Of a DNA stretch of 64,000 nucleotides, positions 61,889-64,000 are shown piece by piece. Position 1 is the stretch's first letter; each line of letters starts with the position of its first letter. The DNA comes from Patescibacteria group bacterium. GTDB taxonomy: Bacteria > Patescibacteriota > Patescibacteriia > JAQUQO01. Both the position numbers and the translations under genes were made by a program. The notes under the pieces are model-generated. The model was not told the origin of the DNA. It did no database searches and saw only the letters and a list, made by a program, of their open reading frames with translations. The stretch covers positions 452,096 through 516,095 of the forward strand of contig JAQUQO010000001.1 in assembly GCA_028716045.1 (NCBI GenBank). The letters run 5' to 3'.

Positions 61889-63028
61889 TTAATAAATGTC
61901 TCTCATGGCCAGGCCGATGGGTACGGCAAATCTCGGCCCAATTTCCTCTAACAGTGGTTTTAGTTCTTCCGGATAAATCACTCTGGACCAGGGGTCACCT
62001 ATATAAATCCGCATGTTTAAAGCTCGGGAAAGATAACCGGGAAAATCGAACAACAACGACGAACCGCCGGCTAAAATAATCTTCTCTATATCTTTCGCTT
62101 TTTCTCCCTCCTGGCTTTTGTAGATGTTCAAAGAATAACGTATTTCGTTAATTAAGGGATTCAAAGTGGCGGCTATTGCTTCATAAATTTTTGGATCAAC
62201 CGCCCCTTGCGCTAAATCCAACTTAAATTGTTCGGCTTTCCCTAAATCAACGCCCAATTTTTGGCTTAGCGCCTTGGTAATCACCGCTCCGCCTATATCA
62301 ATGCTCCGATTTATAAAAGGGATTCCGTTATCCACTATGGAAAGATTTGACCGGCCGGCTCCGCTGTCTAAAATTATCATCGGAGATTTGTCCCTTCCGA
62401 CGAGCGAACGCACGAGGGCAAAGGCTTCGGTTTCCAAACTTAAAAGCTGCAGGCCGGCGGTTTTAAAAATAGCAATGTACTTCTCCACGAGTTTTCTCGG
62501 GGCGGCCGTAAGCAGAACCTGCACTCCGCTCAATTTTTCTTTAATGACCGGCTCCTCTTCAATGTTTTTATTGCTCTCCTTATTTTCCTCTTTTTCCGCT
62601 AACTTTCCTTTCACCCCGTTCTCATTTATAATTTTCCAATCCAAAATCATTTCTTCAAGCGGCAAAGGAATAATCTTCTTCGCCTCCCATTCCACCCTGC
62701 TCCCCAGCGCTTTTTTATTGCCCAATTCCTTAGCGGTAATGTCCGTTAAATTCAAAACTGAACTAAAAACCGAAAAAACCGGAATAGCGGCTATTGCTCG
62801 GGTGCTCCTTGTCTTTGCTCTGGCGCAAATTTTTTTAATTATTTCGCCGGTTTCTTTGGGGTAATCTATCAGGTCTTTTTCCGGAATTTCTTCAGTCTCC
62901 CGATTGACATATCCATAAGTCACAAGCCGGGCGCGTCCATTATCATTCAAGAGCTCCACAACTTTGATGCTGCCTTTGCCGATGTCAATTCCTAAATAAC
63001 TTTTTTCTTTGGAAGTAAATAAAGGCAT
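61889..63028 (-). CDS. pilM: Type IV pilus assembly protein PilM
   Basis: LGIDIG..SIKVVEL, ILAGGSS, FAVPIGLAMR. Confidence 0.93.
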   Translation of the reverse strand: MPLFTSKEKSYLGIDIGKGSIKVVELLNDNGRARLVTYGYVNRETEEIPEKDLIDYPKETGEIIKKICARAKTRSTRAIAAIPVFSVFSSVLNLTDITAKELGNKKALGSRVEWEAKKIIPLPLEEMILDWKIINENGVKGKLAEKEENKESNKNIEEEPVIKEKLSGVQVLLTAAPRKLVEKYIAIFKTAGLQLLSLETEAFALVRSLVGRDKSPMIILDSGAGRSNLSIVDNGIPFINRSIDIGGAVITKALSQKLGVDLGKAEQFKLDLAQGAVDPKIYEAIAATLNPLINEIRYSLNIYKSQEGEKAKDIEKIILAGGSSLLFDFPGYLSRALNMRIYIGDPWSRVIYPEELKPLLEEIGPRFAVPIGLAMRDIY

Positions 63029-63103
63029 GTTGATAAAAATAATCCTACTTCTTTAGTATATCACAAAAAAATGTAAGACGAAATGCGCTCCGCCGTCTGT
63101 CAC

Positions 63104-64000
63104 CTATCGGCCGGTTTTCACTATCGGCAGGGCTTTAGTAAGATCCACCAGACCCGGCGGAGGATTGGCTTGAGCGCGGCCGTCGTAGATAATGCTTTCT
63201 GCGCCGCGAGTCATGGAAGCGAATAACCTTTCAAATTTAAACTCACGCGCGAGCATTAAACCTTTGACCGTCAGAGGGTTAAAGCCGGAACCAGTACTGA
63301 CCGTGCCTTCCACGTAAAAAGTGCCGACTATTTCCGTGACCGAAGGGGCGATATTCAGATTACCAAGAACAATCCACCCCAGTGAAGCTAAATCAGAAAG
63401 TTTATTGGCTGGCACGTCATTATAGCTGATATTGCCCTCGATATTTAAATCACCATAAACGACGATCAGGCCCTTACCGCTGTCATTTTTGATTCTTAAC
63501 GTTTCCACGTCTAGCCCAGTCCTACTTATATAGATATTATTGCCCAAAGCGAAATCGGTCGGCAAAGAGTCAATTTGAAAAACTTTACCGTGCTGTCCGC
63601 TGTTAATTCCGTCTAAATCAATCTTACCTATAATATTGGTAAAGCGGTTAACAGACTGCGGATAATTAAACGGCTGATCCACGGATTCATAACAACCGGC
63701 AGCGCTGGTTAAATTAACCACTTCACCTTTAGCGCGGACGCAATAGGTGGCGTTGTAATATCCGGTCGGCGGAACAAATTCCGCTTTGGCCGAACCGCGA
63801 GTATAAATGCCTCCGAACTGCGTCTCTAACCACGGATAGCCGAGCGCGCCGCATTTTTCATTTTCGCCCGGACACTGGATATCGTCGGTGCAGATAAGCC
63901 CGGACTGGTCGCAAACGCCCCAGCTCTTCACGCAATCCTCGCCAAAATAGCAATACTCCCAACCAATAACATTTTTTTCTTCATCATAAATAAGCTTGAT
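63104..64000 (-). CDS. C-terminal part of a larger Cys-rich extracellular protein; continues past the window end
   Basis: Frame is open to 64000 (IKLIYDEEKNVIGWEYCYFGEDCVKSWG...); PWLET..G, IV.GDL.I repeats, E.IIYDGR...PPPG. Confidence 0.8.
   Translation of the reverse strand: MKLIYDEEKNVIGWEYCYFGEDCVKSWGVCDQSGLICTDDIQCPGENEKCGALGYPWLETQFGGIYTRGSAKAEFVPPTGYYNATYCVRAKGEVVNLTSAAGCYESVDQPFNYPQSVNRFTNIIGKIDLDGINSGQHGKVFQIDSLPTDFALGNNIYISRTGLDVETLRIKNDSGKGLIVVYGDLNIEGNISYNDVPANKLSDLASLGWIVLGNLNIAPSVTEIVGTFYVEGTVSTGSGFNPLTVKGLMLAREFKFERLFASMTRGAESIIYDGRAQANPPPGLVDLTKALPIVKTGR

Noticed and set aside
61306-62864. 257-aa and 196-aa plus-strand ORFs
   Set aside because: Antisense to pilN/pilM; Ser/Phe-rich composition mirrors the Lys/Glu codons opposite

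Overview
A 64 kb chromosomal segment that looks like a Patescibacteria/CPR (Parcubacteria-like) bacterium using genetic code 11. This assignment is inferred from the gene repertoire, the CPR-style type IV pilus cluster, a giant Ig-rich surface protein and frequent leaderless starts. Almost all real genes are on the minus strand. Housekeeping blocks are lepA, murJ, HPF, rlmN, rpoD-dnaG, dsbA, lgt, gatA/gatC, ligA and pilMNO-B-C-pilins-pilD. They alternate with two accessory regions lying 3' of tRNA-Asn (about 16-32 kb) and tRNA-Ser (about 35.5-43.9 kb). The accessory regions carry an ECF-sigma/MacAB cassette, a C5-MTase/HNH/Vsr operon and a PabI-family restriction-glycosylase system. Best candidates for something undescribed: (1) a plus-strand YegP/DUF1508 mini-gene whose roughly 385-nt transcript can be closed by a 23-bp 5'-3' stem in which every non-Watson-Crick pair is G-U; (2) a translationally coupled MurL-like epimerase and atypical Ddl-like ATP-grasp ligase; (3) a 54-aa zinc-finger gene, missed by the ORF track, inside the R-M/Vsr operon; (4) a recurring hairpin fused to an extended -10 promoter at module junctions. 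All family assignments come from motif recognition by eye; no searches were run.
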